Shown in pieces: positions 17,806-27,093 of a DNA stretch of 64,000 bases (its first letter is position 1; every line of letters starts with the position of its first letter). This DNA is from Candidatus Pelethousia sp. (GTDB lineage: Bacteria; Bacillota; Clostridia; Christensenellales; CAG-138): NCBI GenBank assembly GCA_034928145.1, contig JAYFPE010000010.1:27882-91881 (forward strand), written 5' to 3'. The position numbers and the translations under genes are program-made. The notes beneath the pieces are model-generated. The model saw only the letters and a program-made list of their open reading frames with translations, did not search any database and was not told the DNA's origin.

Positions 17806-18529
17806 ATGAAAACACCAGTATTACAAGAGAATCATAGCGAAAAATCGAGCGGAGTGCAAGTGGAGATGCCGCTGGATTTGGGAATGCGCATCGAAGCAGG
17901 AAATACGATGAGGACGCTGATCCATGGAAAGGATGGATTACAGCGAATTGACCCAAACATACCAGCGCCGGCCACGCAGGGGCTAGGCGACGCCGAAGCA
18001 GCTGTTTGGGATCGTAGTCCTGGTGTTCGTGAACGGGCAGTTTTTCACGCGAAAAATAGAGATGGCATCCCGAAATGATATTCGGTTCATGTATCTGCTG
18101 AGCGGAAACCGCGCGCCCGATCACAGCAGACTAGTAAGCTTTACCAGTGAACACCTAAAGGATGGAGTGCTGGAGCGATTATTCTATCAGATGGTGGAGA
18201 TGCTCAAGGAACAGGGGGAAATCAGCTTTAAGCACCTGGATGGAACAGAGATCGAGGCGAACGCCAATCGATACAGCTTTGTATGGGCGAAATCCACGAG
18301 CAAATATGTGGCGCGGGCGGATGAAAAGCTTAGTGCGCTGCTCGATCGCCTGACGCTGGAGTACGGGATTGTGCGCGGTGCCGCTAAAGCATACTGGGAA
18401 ACACTGCTGGAGAGAAAGGAAGCGGCAATAGTTAAAGGCTGCCGCGCCTTTCTTAACACGACAGCCCCATTTGTAGGCTATACCGAACTACACGCCCTGC
18501 ATCTTCGGCCTCTTCCAATCATCCCTTGA
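17806..18529 (+). pseudogene. IS1182-family transposase remnant (frameshifted N-terminal part; DDE catalytic region missing)
   Basis: Three frames together read ..EMPLDLGMRIEAGNTMRTLI.. / ..MDYSELTQTYQRRPRRG.. / ..RKIEMASRNDIRFMYLLSGNRAPDHSRLVSFTSEHL..LDGTEIEANANRYSFVWAKS.., blocks typical of the IS1182 transposase N-terminus. There is no intact ORF, and homology stops after about 240 codons. Confidence 0.7.
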
Positions 18530-18596
18530 CAACAATGGTTCTGCTTACTCTTTTATAAGAGTAAGTCGGGGGTTTGGGGGAGGATAGCCACCCAAA

Positions 18597-21500
18597 TCAT
18601 ACCTTCTGTACGCCCAGCGTTACGGCTTCGCCGTTGATATCCCACTCCTTGGCGTAACCCGCGGCTACACCGGCACGAACCTGGTCGGCCAGGGTGTCGG
18701 CGGCGATATCGGCCTCGAAGCGGGCAAAGATATCGGCCAGTTTGGAGCTGGAGGTATGGGTGAGAAGGATGTGGTCCGTCACCTCAAAGCCCGCCTCCTT
18801 GCGCATGGTCTGCACCTTGCTCACAAGCTCCCGCACGAAGCCCTCGTCGATCAGTTCGGGCGTGAGGCGGATATCCAGGGCCACGGAGCGGTCGCGCCCG
18901 GCCTCGGCCACAAAACCTTCCTTTTGGCCGGTGGAAACCAGCACATCCTCCGGGGAGAGGGATACGACCACGCCCTCCAGCTCAAAGGTATAATCATGGC
19001 CCTCGTTATGGGCGGCCACCACCGCGTCGCCAATGCCATCTTGAGCCAGGTAGGCGTTGATCTTGGGCAGGATCTTACCATAGCGCGGCCCTAAGGTTTT
19101 GAGCTGGGGCTTGACGCGGTAGGAGATGAAAGAGGCCGCGTCGCCCACATATTCCACCCGCTTCACATTGAGCTCCTCGCTGATGATGCTGGTGAACATG
19201 GCGGGCAGCTCCTCACCCTGCACGTGCATGGCGGGGATGGGCTGGCGGTTCTTGATGGCCGCGGTGTTGCGGGCGCTGCGGCCCAGCACCACGATGGAAA
19301 GCACCTCGTCCATGTGGGCTTCGAGGTCTTTATTGATGTAGCTTTCATCCACGGCCGGCCAATCGCACAGGTGGATGCTGTCCGGCGCGGTCTTATCCAC
19401 ACTGCGCACGATGTTCTGGTAGATCTCCTCGGTCATGAAGGGGATAAAGGGCGCGGAGATCAGGCAGAGGCTTTTGAGCACAGCGTAGAGGGTCATATAG
19501 GCGGCCTCTTTATCGGCAGTCATCTCCTTGCCCCAGTAGCGCTCGCGGCAGCGCCGCACATACCAGTTGGAAAGGTCGTCCGTAAAGCGCTGCAATTCGC
19601 GGCCCGCCTCGGTGATGCGGATGGCGTCCATGTGGCCGTCCACGGTGCGGATCAGGCTGTTGAGCCGGGAGAGGATCCACAGATCCATGGGCGTGAGGGC
19701 TTCCCTATGCAGGGTATGGGCCGTAGGGTCGAAGCCGTCGATCTCGGCATAGAGCACGTAAAAGGCATAGGTATTCCAGAGGGTGCCCATGAACTTGCGC
19801 TGGGCCTCGGAAACAGCCTCCGGCGAGAAGCGGCTGGGCAGCCAGGGCATGGAGGCAGTGTAGAAATACCAGCGCACCGCGTCGGCCCCTTGGTTATCGA
19901 GCACCGTCCAAGGGTCTACCACATTGCCCTTGTGCTTGCTCATCTTGAGCCCGTCCTTATCCTGCACCAAGCCGAGGACGAGGCAGTTCTGGAAGCTCGG
20001 CTCATCAAACAGGCAGGTGGAGATGGCCAGCAGGGTATAGAACCAGCCACGGGTCTGATCCACGGCTTCGCTGATGAAGTTGGCCGGGTAGCGCCGCTCG
20101 AACAGCTCTTTGTTTTCGAAGGGATAGTGCCATTGGGCAAAGGGCATGGAGCCGCTGTCGAACCAGCAGTCGATCACCGCGCCCTCGCGCTTCATCTCCC
20201 TGCCGCACTTGGGGCAGGGGACGGTCATCGGGTCGAGGAAGGGCTTATGCAGCTCGATATCCGCCGGGGTAGAAGGCGCAAGCTCGCAAAGCTCTTTGCG
20301 GCTGCCCACCACATGGATATGGCCGCAATCCTTGCAGAGCCAAACGGGCAGGGGCGTGCCCCAATACCGCTCGCGGCTGATGCCCCAATCGATCACGTTC
20401 TCGAGGAAGTTGCCCATGCGGCCTTCCTTGATGGTTTCGGGAATCCAGTTGATGCGGCGGTTATATTCGATGAGCTTGTCCTTGATGGCGGTCATCCTGA
20501 TGAACCAGCTCTCCCGGGCGTAGTAGATCAGCGGCGTGTCGCAGCGCCAGCAGAAGGGGTAGCTATGCTCGAACTCCGGCGAGGCGAAAAGCAGCCCCGC
20601 TTCTTTTAGATCGCGCAGGATGAGCTTGTCCGCTTCCTTCACGAACACGCCGTCCCAGGGGGTGCCGGCGGTCATTTCACCGCGGGTGTTGACGAGCTGG
20701 ATAAAGGGCATGTCGTGCTCCTTGCAAACGCGGGCGTCGTCCTCGCCGAAGGCGGGGGCATTGTGCACGATGCCGGTGCCGTCCGTGGTGGTTACGTAGT
20801 CATCCGCAATCACATAATGCCCGCGCTTGCCGGTTTTTTGGCAGGCCGTGGCGGTGCAGTCGAAAAGGGGTGCATAGGAGCGGCCCACGAGGGCGCTCCC
20901 CGGGAATTCGTCCAGGATCACCGCATCCTCGCCCAGCACGTCTTTGGCTAGCTCCTTGGCAAGGATAAAGGTTTCGCCGTTTTTTTGGGCATGGCAATAG
21001 GCCACGTCCGCATTCACGCAAAGGCAGACGTTAGAGGGAAGCGTCCAGGGCGTGGTCGTCCAGGCCAGGTAGGAAGCGTCCTCATCCAGGCAGCGGAAGC
21101 GGACCGTGGCGCTTTCCTCGCGGATATCCTTATAGCCCTGGGCTACCTCGTGGGAGGAAAGGGCCGTGCCGCAGCGGGGGCAATAGGGCACAACCTTGTG
21201 CCCCTTATAGAGCAGGCCCTTTTCGTGAATGGTTTTGAGGGCCCACCATTCGGATTCGATGTAATTATCCTCATAGGTAACGTAGGGGTCGTCCATATCG
21301 GCCCAGAAGGCCACGCGGTCGCTCATCTCTTCCCATTCGCCTTTATATTTCCAAACGGATTCCTTGCACTTTTCGATGAAGGGCATCACGCCGTAGGCTT
21401 CGATCTGCTCCTTGCCGTCGAGGCCCAGCTGCCGCTCCACCTCCAGCTCCACGGGCAGGCCATGGGTATCCCAGCCAGCTTTGCGCAGCACGTCGTAGCC

Positions 21501-21725
21501 CTTCATGGTGCGGTAGCGGGGGATGATATCCTTGATGGCCCGGGTGAGAATATGGCCGATGTGGGGCTTGCCGTTGGCCGTGGGCGGCCCGTCGTAAAAG
21601 GTATAGGCCGGCGCGCCGCGGCGCAGCTCCACGCTCTTTTCAAAAATGCGCTGCTCTTTCCAAAAAGCCAGCGTGGCTTTTTCGCGTTCCGTAAAGTCGA
21701 GGGATGTGGAAACCTTTTTATACAT
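18597..21725 (-). CDS. ileS: isoleucine--tRNA ligase, long (type 2-like, 1042 aa) form
   Basis: HIGH motif PHIGHILTR, KMSKS motif LKMSKHKGN, a CP1 editing insertion, and class Ia architecture. Confidence 0.95.
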   Translation of the reverse strand: MYKKVSTSLDFTEREKATLAFWKEQRIFEKSVELRRGAPAYTFYDGPPTANGKPHIGHILTRAIKDIIPRYRTMKGYDVLRKAGWDTHGLPVELEVERQLGLDGKEQIEAYGVMPFIEKCKESVWKYKGEWEEMSDRVAFWADMDDPYVTYEDNYIESEWWALKTIHEKGLLYKGHKVVPYCPRCGTALSSHEVAQGYKDIREESATVRFRCLDEDASYLAWTTTPWTLPSNVCLCVNADVAYCHAQKNGETFILAKELAKDVLGEDAVILDEFPGSALVGRSYAPLFDCTATACQKTGKRGHYVIADDYVTTTDGTGIVHNAPAFGEDDARVCKEHDMPFIQLVNTRGEMTAGTPWDGVFVKEADKLILRDLKEAGLLFASPEFEHSYPFCWRCDTPLIYYARESWFIRMTAIKDKLIEYNRRINWIPETIKEGRMGNFLENVIDWGISRERYWGTPLPVWLCKDCGHIHVVGSRKELCELAPSTPADIELHKPFLDPMTVPCPKCGREMKREGAVIDCWFDSGSMPFAQWHYPFENKELFERRYPANFISEAVDQTRGWFYTLLAISTCLFDEPSFQNCLVLGLVQDKDGLKMSKHKGNVVDPWTVLDNQGADAVRWYFYTASMPWLPSRFSPEAVSEAQRKFMGTLWNTYAFYVLYAEIDGFDPTAHTLHREALTPMDLWILSRLNSLIRTVDGHMDAIRITEAGRELQRFTDDLSNWYVRRCRERYWGKEMTADKEAAYMTLYAVLKSLCLISAPFIPFMTEEIYQNIVRSVDKTAPDSIHLCDWPAVDESYINKDLEAHMDEVLSIVVLGRSARNTAAIKNRQPIPAMHVQGEELPAMFTSIISEELNVKRVEYVGDAASFISYRVKPQLKTLGPRYGKILPKINAYLAQDGIGDAVVAAHNEGHDYTFELEGVVVSLSPEDVLVSTGQKEGFVAEAGRDRSVALDIRLTPELIDEGFVRELVSKVQTMRKEAGFEVTDHILLTHTSSSKLADIFARFEADIAADTLADQVRAGVAAGYAKEWDINGEAVTLGVQKV

Positions 21726-21762
21726 ATCGTATCTCCTGCCGTGTTTTTATGCTCCATCCTTT

Positions 21763-21791
21763 ATATTAGAGAAAAGCGACGCTTTTGTAAA
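21763..21791 (-). promoter_or_regulatory. candidate sigma-A promoter of ileS (short leader)
   Basis: On the minus strand: TTTACA (21791-21786), 17 nt, TAATAT (21768-21763). This leaves only about 35 nt of leader, containing GGCAGGAG, before ATG 21725. Confidence 0.4.
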
Positions 21792-21834
21792 GCATCCGTC
21801 ACGGATTTTTCACCTTTTTCAACGGAGTTGGGGT

Positions 21835-21863
21835 TTGAAGTAGATATTCTTTTGTGCTACTAT
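21835..21863 (+). promoter_or_regulatory. candidate sigma-A promoter of ftsH
   Basis: TTGAAG (21835-21840), 17 nt, TACTAT (21858-21863). Confidence 0.4.
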
Positions 21864-21939
21864 GATAGGGATACGATATGCTCAAGCGTGGCATGCTTTT
21901 TTTGTGGCCGCGCATTGGCATGCCCATGGAGGTAAGATT

Positions 21940-23955
21940 TTGAAGAGAAACCTATCTACGCCGCTGATATACCTTGTGTTATTGGTGGTTATCATAGCCC
22001 TGGTGTCCGGATTCGACCCTATGGGCAGCCCCACGGAGGAGGTGAGCTATAACGAGTTCATCCAGCTTGTGCGGGAAGGCAAGGTGGCCAAGGCGGAGGT
22101 GACGGACCTCAAGCTCCTGGGCCTTCAAAAAGACAGCAAGCTGAGCGAGGATACGTTCCCGGCCAAGGCCGATTTCTATACCTATATCCCCTCTCTTGAA
22201 GCCTATAAGCAGGATATGGCCATCCTCACCGAGGAGCTAAAAGGCATCCCGGCAGACAAGGTGACCAATGCGGATTACCCCTTCGAATCCCAGGCCAACC
22301 CCACGCCGCCAGCCTCCCTGTGGGAGATGATCCTGCCCTATATCATCATGATGGGCGCTTTCGGGTTGCTGTATTATTTCATGTTCCGTTCGCAGGGCGG
22401 CGGCAGCAATGTGATGAACTTCGGCAAGAGCCGGGCCCGCACCCAGGTGGACCCGGGCCAGAAGGTTACGTTTGACGACGTAGCAGGCGCCGATGAAGAA
22501 AAAGAAGAGCTGCGCGAGGTCGTCGAATTTATGCGCGCGCCCAAGCGCTTTATGGAAATGGGCGCACGCATTCCCAAGGGCGTGCTGCTTATAGGCCCGC
22601 CCGGCACGGGCAAAACCCTATTGGCCAAAGCCGTTGCCGGGGAAGCGGGGGTTTCCTTCTTCTCCATCTCGGGCTCCGATTTTGTGGAGATGTTCGTGGG
22701 CGTGGGCGCGAGCCGCGTACGCGACCTGTTCAGCACGGCCAAAAAGGCCGCTCCGGCCGTGGTCTTTATCGATGAGATCGACGCCGTGGGCCGCCAGCGT
22801 GGCGCGGGCCTGGGCGGCGGGCACGACGAGCGCGAGCAAACCCTCAACCAGCTCTTGGTCGAGATGGACGGCTTTGCCGTGAACGAGGGCATCATCGTGC
22901 TGGCGGCAACCAACCGCCCGGATATTCTAGACCCGGCCCTGTTGCGGCCCGGTCGGTTCGACAGGCAGATCACCGTGAATTACCCGGATGTGAAGGGCCG
23001 TGAGGAGATCCTCAAAGTCCACGCCAAAGGCAAGCCTCTGGCCGAGGAGGTATCCCTTGCGGTGCTCGCCAAGCGTACCAGCGGCTTTACGGGGGCGGAT
23101 CTTGAGAACGTGCTTAACGAGGCCGCCATATTGGCAGCCCGCTATAAGAAAAAGAAGATCTCCATGCTGGAGCTGGAAGAGGCCATCACCCGCACGGTGG
23201 TGGGCCCGGAAAAAAGAAGCCGCGTAGTCACGGAAGACGATAAAAAGATTACGGCCTACCATGAGGCGGGCCATGCCATCGTAGCCCTCAAAATGCCCCA
23301 TTGCGACCCCGTGCACGAGGTATCCATCATCCCGCGCGGCGCCGCAGCCGGCTATACCATGACCATGCCCGATAAGGACGACAGCCATGTGGCCCGGGGC
23401 AAACTGCTCGATCAGATCTGCATGAGCCTGGGCGGCCGCGTGGCCGAGAGCCTGGCCCTTGACGATATCTGCACAGGCGCCATCAGCGACCTTAAGCACG
23501 CCAGTGAGCTGGCGCGGCGGATGGTGATCGAATACGGCATGAGCGAGGCCATCGGCCCGGTGTTCCTGGGCGGGGATACGGAGGTGTTCATCGCCAAGGA
23601 TTGGGGCCACCAGCGCAACTATTCCGAAGAGGTTGCCGCCAAGGTGGATGCGGAGATTCGCCGCATCCTCGAAGAGCAGTTCGAACGGGCCAAGGCGGTG
23701 CTCAGCGAGCACCGCGAAGCCCTGGACCGGGTGGTGGAGGCGCTGCTCGAATACGAACGCATCGACGGCGAGCAGTTCGAGAAGATCTTCAACGGCGAAT
23801 CCATCGAGCTGAGCAGCTTCCGCGAGCGCAGGGAAGCCCTCGAAAAGGCGGACGACGAAGTCCTGGCCGAGGAGGAAGCCCAGCGCCAGGCCGCAAAGGC
23901 CGCGCCGGAAGAGCCGGAAGCCCCCCAGGACGCGCGGGATGGCAGCAACGAATAA
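21940..23955 (+). CDS. ftsH: ATP-dependent zinc metalloprotease FtsH
   Basis: ORF 21862..23955. Start placed at in-frame TTG 21940, 6 nt after GGAGGT ([15 protein letters not shown].. TM1). Walker [17 protein letters not shown] region, and zinc site HEAGHA. Confidence 0.93.
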   Translation: MKRNLSTPLIYLVLLVVIIALVSGFDPMGSPTEEVSYNEFIQLVREGKVAKAEVTDLKLLGLQKDSKLSEDTFPAKADFYTYIPSLEAYKQDMAILTEELKGIPADKVTNADYPFESQANPTPPASLWEMILPYIIMMGAFGLLYYFMFRSQGGGSNVMNFGKSRARTQVDPGQKVTFDDVAGADEEKEELREVVEFMRAPKRFMEMGARIPKGVLLIGPPGTGKTLLAKAVAGEAGVSFFSISGSDFVEMFVGVGASRVRDLFSTAKKAAPAVVFIDEIDAVGRQRGAGLGGGHDEREQTLNQLLVEMDGFAVNEGIIVLAATNRPDILDPALLRPGRFDRQITVNYPDVKGREEILKVHAKGKPLAEEVSLAVLAKRTSGFTGADLENVLNEAAILAARYKKKKISMLELEEAITRTVVGPEKRSRVVTEDDKKITAYHEAGHAIVALKMPHCDPVHEVSIIPRGAAAGYTMTMPDKDDSHVARGKLLDQICMSLGGRVAESLALDDICTGAISDLKHASELARRMVIEYGMSEAIGPVFLGGDTEVFIAKDWGHQRNYSEEVAAKVDAEIRRILEEQFERAKAVLSEHREALDRVVEALLEYERIDGEQFEKIFNGESIELSSFRERREALEKADDEVLAEEEAQRQAAKAAPEEPEAPQDARDGSNE

Positions 23956-23969
23956 GTAAATACGATAGC

Positions 23970-23997
23970 GGGGCGGCCGGGCCGCCCCCTTTTTTTA
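23970..23997 (+). terminator. rho-independent terminator after ftsH
   Basis: GGGGCGGC-CGG-GCCGCCCC followed by TTTTTTT. Confidence 0.75.
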
Positions 23998-24020
23998 GAA
24001 GATAACTTTATTGGAGCATT

Positions 24021-24848
24021 ATGGATAAATTCGACCTGCATACCCATTCCAACCTATCGGACGGCACGTTGCCGCCCAAGGCCCTGGTGGCAGCGGCCAG
24101 GGCCGCCGGCCTGGCCATGATGTCCCTCACCGATCATGACTGCATCCTGGGCCTGGCGGAGGCCATGGAGGCGGGTAAGGAGCTGGGGGTTCAGGTGATC
24201 CCCGGGCTGGAGATTGATACCGAGCACCCGGCCAAGCTGCATATGCTGGGTTTAGGGATTGACCCCGCGAACGCGGAGATGGCGGCTTTTGCGGAGCAAA
24301 ACGTCCTGCGCCGCGGCCGCCGAAACAGCGCTATGGTGGCGCAGCTGGAGGCGGCGGGGATGCATATCCTGCCACACATGCCGCAAAGCCAGGGGGCTAT
24401 GACCCGGCTGCACGTAGCCGTGGCTTTGGTTGCGGGCGGCTATGCGCAAAACATAAACGAGGCCTTCCAGAATTACCTGCGGCCCGGCCAGGCGGGCTAT
24501 GTGCATAGCCCCCGCATCGAGCCCGAGGCGGCCATCGCGCTGATCCACCGGGCAGGCGGCTTGGCTGTGCTTGCCCACCCCTGCAAGATGAATTGCGATA
24601 TGCACAGCCTGGTGGATAGGCTGGCCGAAGCAGGGATGGACGGCATCGAGGCTTTTTACCCCACCGCCACACCGGGGCAAAAGGAGGCCCACCTCTCGCT
24701 GGCTCGCCAATATGGCCTTCTGGTTTCCTGCGGCAGCGATTTCCACGGTGAGAACCGGGCTGTATCCTTGGGGGACGCCTGGGAGGATCATCCGGCCCTT
24801 GCGCCCATCTACGAACGATTGGCCTTTGCTGGTCAAAAAAGTGTCTAG
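24021..24848 (+). CDS. PHP-domain phosphoesterase (TrpH/YciV-like)
   Basis: 275-aa ORF. N-terminal FDLHTHSNLSDG and SLTDHD are typical PHP metal-binding motifs. Confidence 0.85.
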   Translation: MDKFDLHTHSNLSDGTLPPKALVAAARAAGLAMMSLTDHDCILGLAEAMEAGKELGVQVIPGLEIDTEHPAKLHMLGLGIDPANAEMAAFAEQNVLRRGRRNSAMVAQLEAAGMHILPHMPQSQGAMTRLHVAVALVAGGYAQNINEAFQNYLRPGQAGYVHSPRIEPEAAIALIHRAGGLAVLAHPCKMNCDMHSLVDRLAEAGMDGIEAFYPTATPGQKEAHLSLARQYGLLVSCGSDFHGENRAVSLGDAWEDHPALAPIYERLAFAGQKSV

Positions 24849-24860
24849 CGACACTTTTTT
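24835..24860 (+). terminator. terminator overlapping the PHP gene stop codon
   Basis: AAAAAAGTGTC-TAGC-GACACTTTTTT. The stop codon TAG sits in the loop. Confidence 0.55.
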
Positions 24861-25068
24861 GAGGATTGCGGGAATCGCCTGTACGTTCCGCACGGTCGGC
24901 GCTTCCAGAGAAGAAAGCTTTGCAAGCATGGCTTTCCGCTCGCGGCGCGCATGCGCCCCGGGGCATCCTCTCTTGCCGCTTTGCGGCAATTCACCTTGTT
25001 CACCGCGCGCGAACTAAGCCTCCGGGAGCTGTGGCCCCCGACCCCCCAAGGGGATTTTCGATAAACGC

Positions 25069-25100
25069 AAGGCCCGGCGCATTTTCTGCGCCGGGCCTTT
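25069..25100 (-). terminator. GC-rich hairpin terminator downstream of yccF (possibly bidirectional)
   Basis: GGCCCGGCGCA-TTTTC-TGCGCCGGGCC, 34 nt downstream of the yccF stop. T-containing flanks on both strands. Confidence 0.55.
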
Positions 25101-25133
25101 GTGTGCATTGCCAAATAAGCGTATAAGGCTCGT

Positions 25134-25493
25134 TCACTTCACCTTGGCACCAAAGGGCATGAGCGCCAACTTGGCATATTTAAAAAATTGCAGGCCCCAG
25201 GGGACGCCCACGATGGTAACGCACCAAAGCACGCCGAAAACAAAGGCCTCAATAGCCAAAGGCAGGCCGCTGACCAGCAGCCAGATGATATTGGCCAGCA
25301 GCGAAAATACGCCCCCGCCGTAATCCACCTCTTTGCCGAAAGGCCAAAATATCAGCTTGGCGAATTTGAAGCATTGGCGGCCCCAGGGGATACCGATGAT
25401 GGTGACGCACCACAGCAGCCCTGCCAGCCACCAGCTCAGCCCCAACAAGAAGCCGCCGAATATAAACCATAAAATATTACCGATCATGCGCAC
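25134..25493 (-). CDS. yccF: YccF-family inner membrane protein (two DUF307 repeats)
   Basis: 119 aa. The repeat IIGIPWGRQCFKFAKLIFWPFGKEV / IVGVPWGLQFFKYAKLALMPFGAKV matches the YccF repeat pattern. Confidence 0.85.
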   Translation of the reverse strand: MRMIGNILWFIFGGFLLGLSWWLAGLLWCVTIIGIPWGRQCFKFAKLIFWPFGKEVDYGGGVFSLLANIIWLLVSGLPLAIEAFVFGVLWCVTIVGVPWGLQFFKYAKLALMPFGAKVK

Positions 25494-25799
25494 AGATTAT
25501 CCATCCTCCTTGCAAGCGGTCTGCGTTATTATAACACGATGCACCCTTTTTCGCATCTCTCTCCTGGAAGGAGCCGCATTTTTTCCGCAGATACCTTTTG
25601 CGCTTCAGTTCCCTGCTTTTCTAACATAAGGGCCATAAAAGTTTTTGCTTCTCCCTCGATCTTTTTTTGAGCGGTAAAAGATAGGGAGTGGCGGAAAAGG
25701 CCCGGTTGACTAGGGCATTTGATTAATATCAAGACAGTTTGGCATAAGTTTGCCTTATGTTGACTGAAACGTTTCCTGCAAATTCCGACAGGATGCGCA

Positions 25800-25828
25800 T
25801 TGCTACATGCAGGGCATTCTGCTATACT
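25800..25828 (+). promoter_or_regulatory. candidate sigma-A promoter of prs
   Basis: TTGCTA (25800-25805), 17 nt, TATACT (25823-25828), 58 nt upstream of the ATG. Confidence 0.4.
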
Positions 25829-25885
25829 CAAAGCGGGCCGCAAGGCGCGCAAATATAATACGAAACAATAGGGGGATGACTGAAC

Positions 25886-26920
25886 ATGTCCGGTACAGAC
25901 GGAATAATCCGCATCTTCGCGGGCACGGCGAGCAAGGATTTTGCCCGGCAGATGTGCGATTATCTGGGTACGCAAATGGGCGATTGCACGACCATCGTAT
26001 TTTCCGAAGGGAATACCTTTGTACGCATCAACGAGAGCATCCGCGATAAGGATGTGTTTTTTGTGCAAACGCTGGGGTTGGATCCCAACAACGAATTTGC
26101 GGAGCTGCTGTTTTTCCTAGATGCTTTTAAGCGGGCCAGCGCCAACTCGGTGACGGCGATCATCCCATATTTCAGCTACGCCAAGGGCGATAAAAAAGAC
26201 GAACCCCGGGTATCCATCCGCGCGCGGGTCTGTGCGGAATGCATAGAGCTTGCTGGAGCGGACCGGGTTATCACGATGGATCTGCATGCGGCGCAGGTAC
26301 AGGGCTTTTTCAAAAAGCCGGTGGATCACCTTTACGCCCAGCCCCTGCTTTGCGCCTATGCGCGGCGCATGGGCATTGTGGATGACAACCTGGTGGTCGT
26401 ATCCCCGGATGCGGGCAGCGCCAAGCGGGCGCGGGGGATGGCCAATGAGCTGGGCTGCGCGGTGGCCATTGGCGATAAGATGCGCGCCGGCCACGACGAG
26501 AACGCCAAGGTGCTGGAGATCATCGGCGATGTGAAGGGCAAGAACTGCATCGTGCTGGATGACTTCACCATTTCCGGCGGCACGCTGGTAGATGTGGCCC
26601 ATGGCCTTAAGGATAAGGGCGCTAAGGACGTTTACGCCTTCCTCTCCCATGTGGTTTTGAATGAGAAGGGCGTAAAGAAGATCGAGGAGAGCCCCATTAA
26701 AATGCTGGTTACCACGGATACGGTGGATTGCCCGGCCGCGCGCCAAAGCGAAAAGATCAAAATCCTTTCCGCCGCGCCCATGTTTGCGGAGGCGGTGCGC
26801 CATGTGCACGACCGCATCCCCATGAGCAACCTTTTTGTGAAACCCAGCCGCCGCATGCTGGCCATGAGCTTTGAGCGCCAGCTTTGCCTGGATGATATCA
26901 AAAAGCCCATGCTTGACTAA
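25886..26920 (+). CDS. prs: ribose-phosphate pyrophosphokinase (PRPP synthetase)
   Basis: 344 aa. Contains RIFAGTAS, ITMDLHAAQVQGFF, VVSPDAGSAKRAR and a PRPP-binding loop VLDDFTISGGTL. Confidence 0.9.
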   Translation: MSGTDGIIRIFAGTASKDFARQMCDYLGTQMGDCTTIVFSEGNTFVRINESIRDKDVFFVQTLGLDPNNEFAELLFFLDAFKRASANSVTAIIPYFSYAKGDKKDEPRVSIRARVCAECIELAGADRVITMDLHAAQVQGFFKKPVDHLYAQPLLCAYARRMGIVDDNLVVVSPDAGSAKRARGMANELGCAVAIGDKMRAGHDENAKVLEIIGDVKGKNCIVLDDFTISGGTLVDVAHGLKDKGAKDVYAFLSHVVLNEKGVKKIEESPIKMLVTTDTVDCPAARQSEKIKILSAAPMFAEAVRHVHDRIPMSNLFVKPSRRMLAMSFERQLCLDDIKKPMLD

Positions 26921-26937
26921 AAATTAATGTGCTTGAG

Positions 26938-26964
26938 AGCGCCTCTGCGCGGGGCGCTTTTTTG
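26938..26964 (+). terminator. rho-independent terminator after prs
   Basis: AGCGCC (26938-26943) pairs with GGCGCT (26953-26958), followed by a T-run. Confidence 0.7.
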
Positions 26965-27093
26965 TGTTTTTGGTTGTCGAAAAATGGGGGAAAATGTCAA
27001 AGTTCGTGTCTTTTTTCGACTTTTCTTGCATCTTCCTGTGAATATGACAGAATATAAAAAAAGCTAAATAATGAAGAAAAAGGAAGAAACAGC

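Noticed and set aside
21726-21939. T-box riboswitch upstream of ileS.
   Set aside because: I read the minus-strand leader and found no T-box core, specifier-loop architecture, or terminator/antiterminator alternative. This is reported as a finding about its absence rather than as a feature. An Infernal scan would be decisive.
21862-21943. The ATG 21862 start giving FtsH a 26-aa N-terminal extension, and a 21-codon upstream ORF (ATG 21878, [21 protein letters not shown]) ending in the TGA that overlaps the TTG start.
   Set aside because: ATG 21862 lies inside the predicted -10 element and has no RBS. TTG 21940 follows GGAGGT and starts directly at the first TM helix. The uORF has no RBS and may be coincidental; I cannot support it as a regulatory peptide.
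25651-25688. 13-bp stem with a 2-nt bulge (CTCCCTCGATCTTTT..AAAAGATAGGGAG) in the yccF/prs divergent region.
   Set aside because: It has no U-run on either strand and no recognisable riboswitch context, and it lies upstream of the best prs promoter. I cannot assign it a function, so it is noted only.
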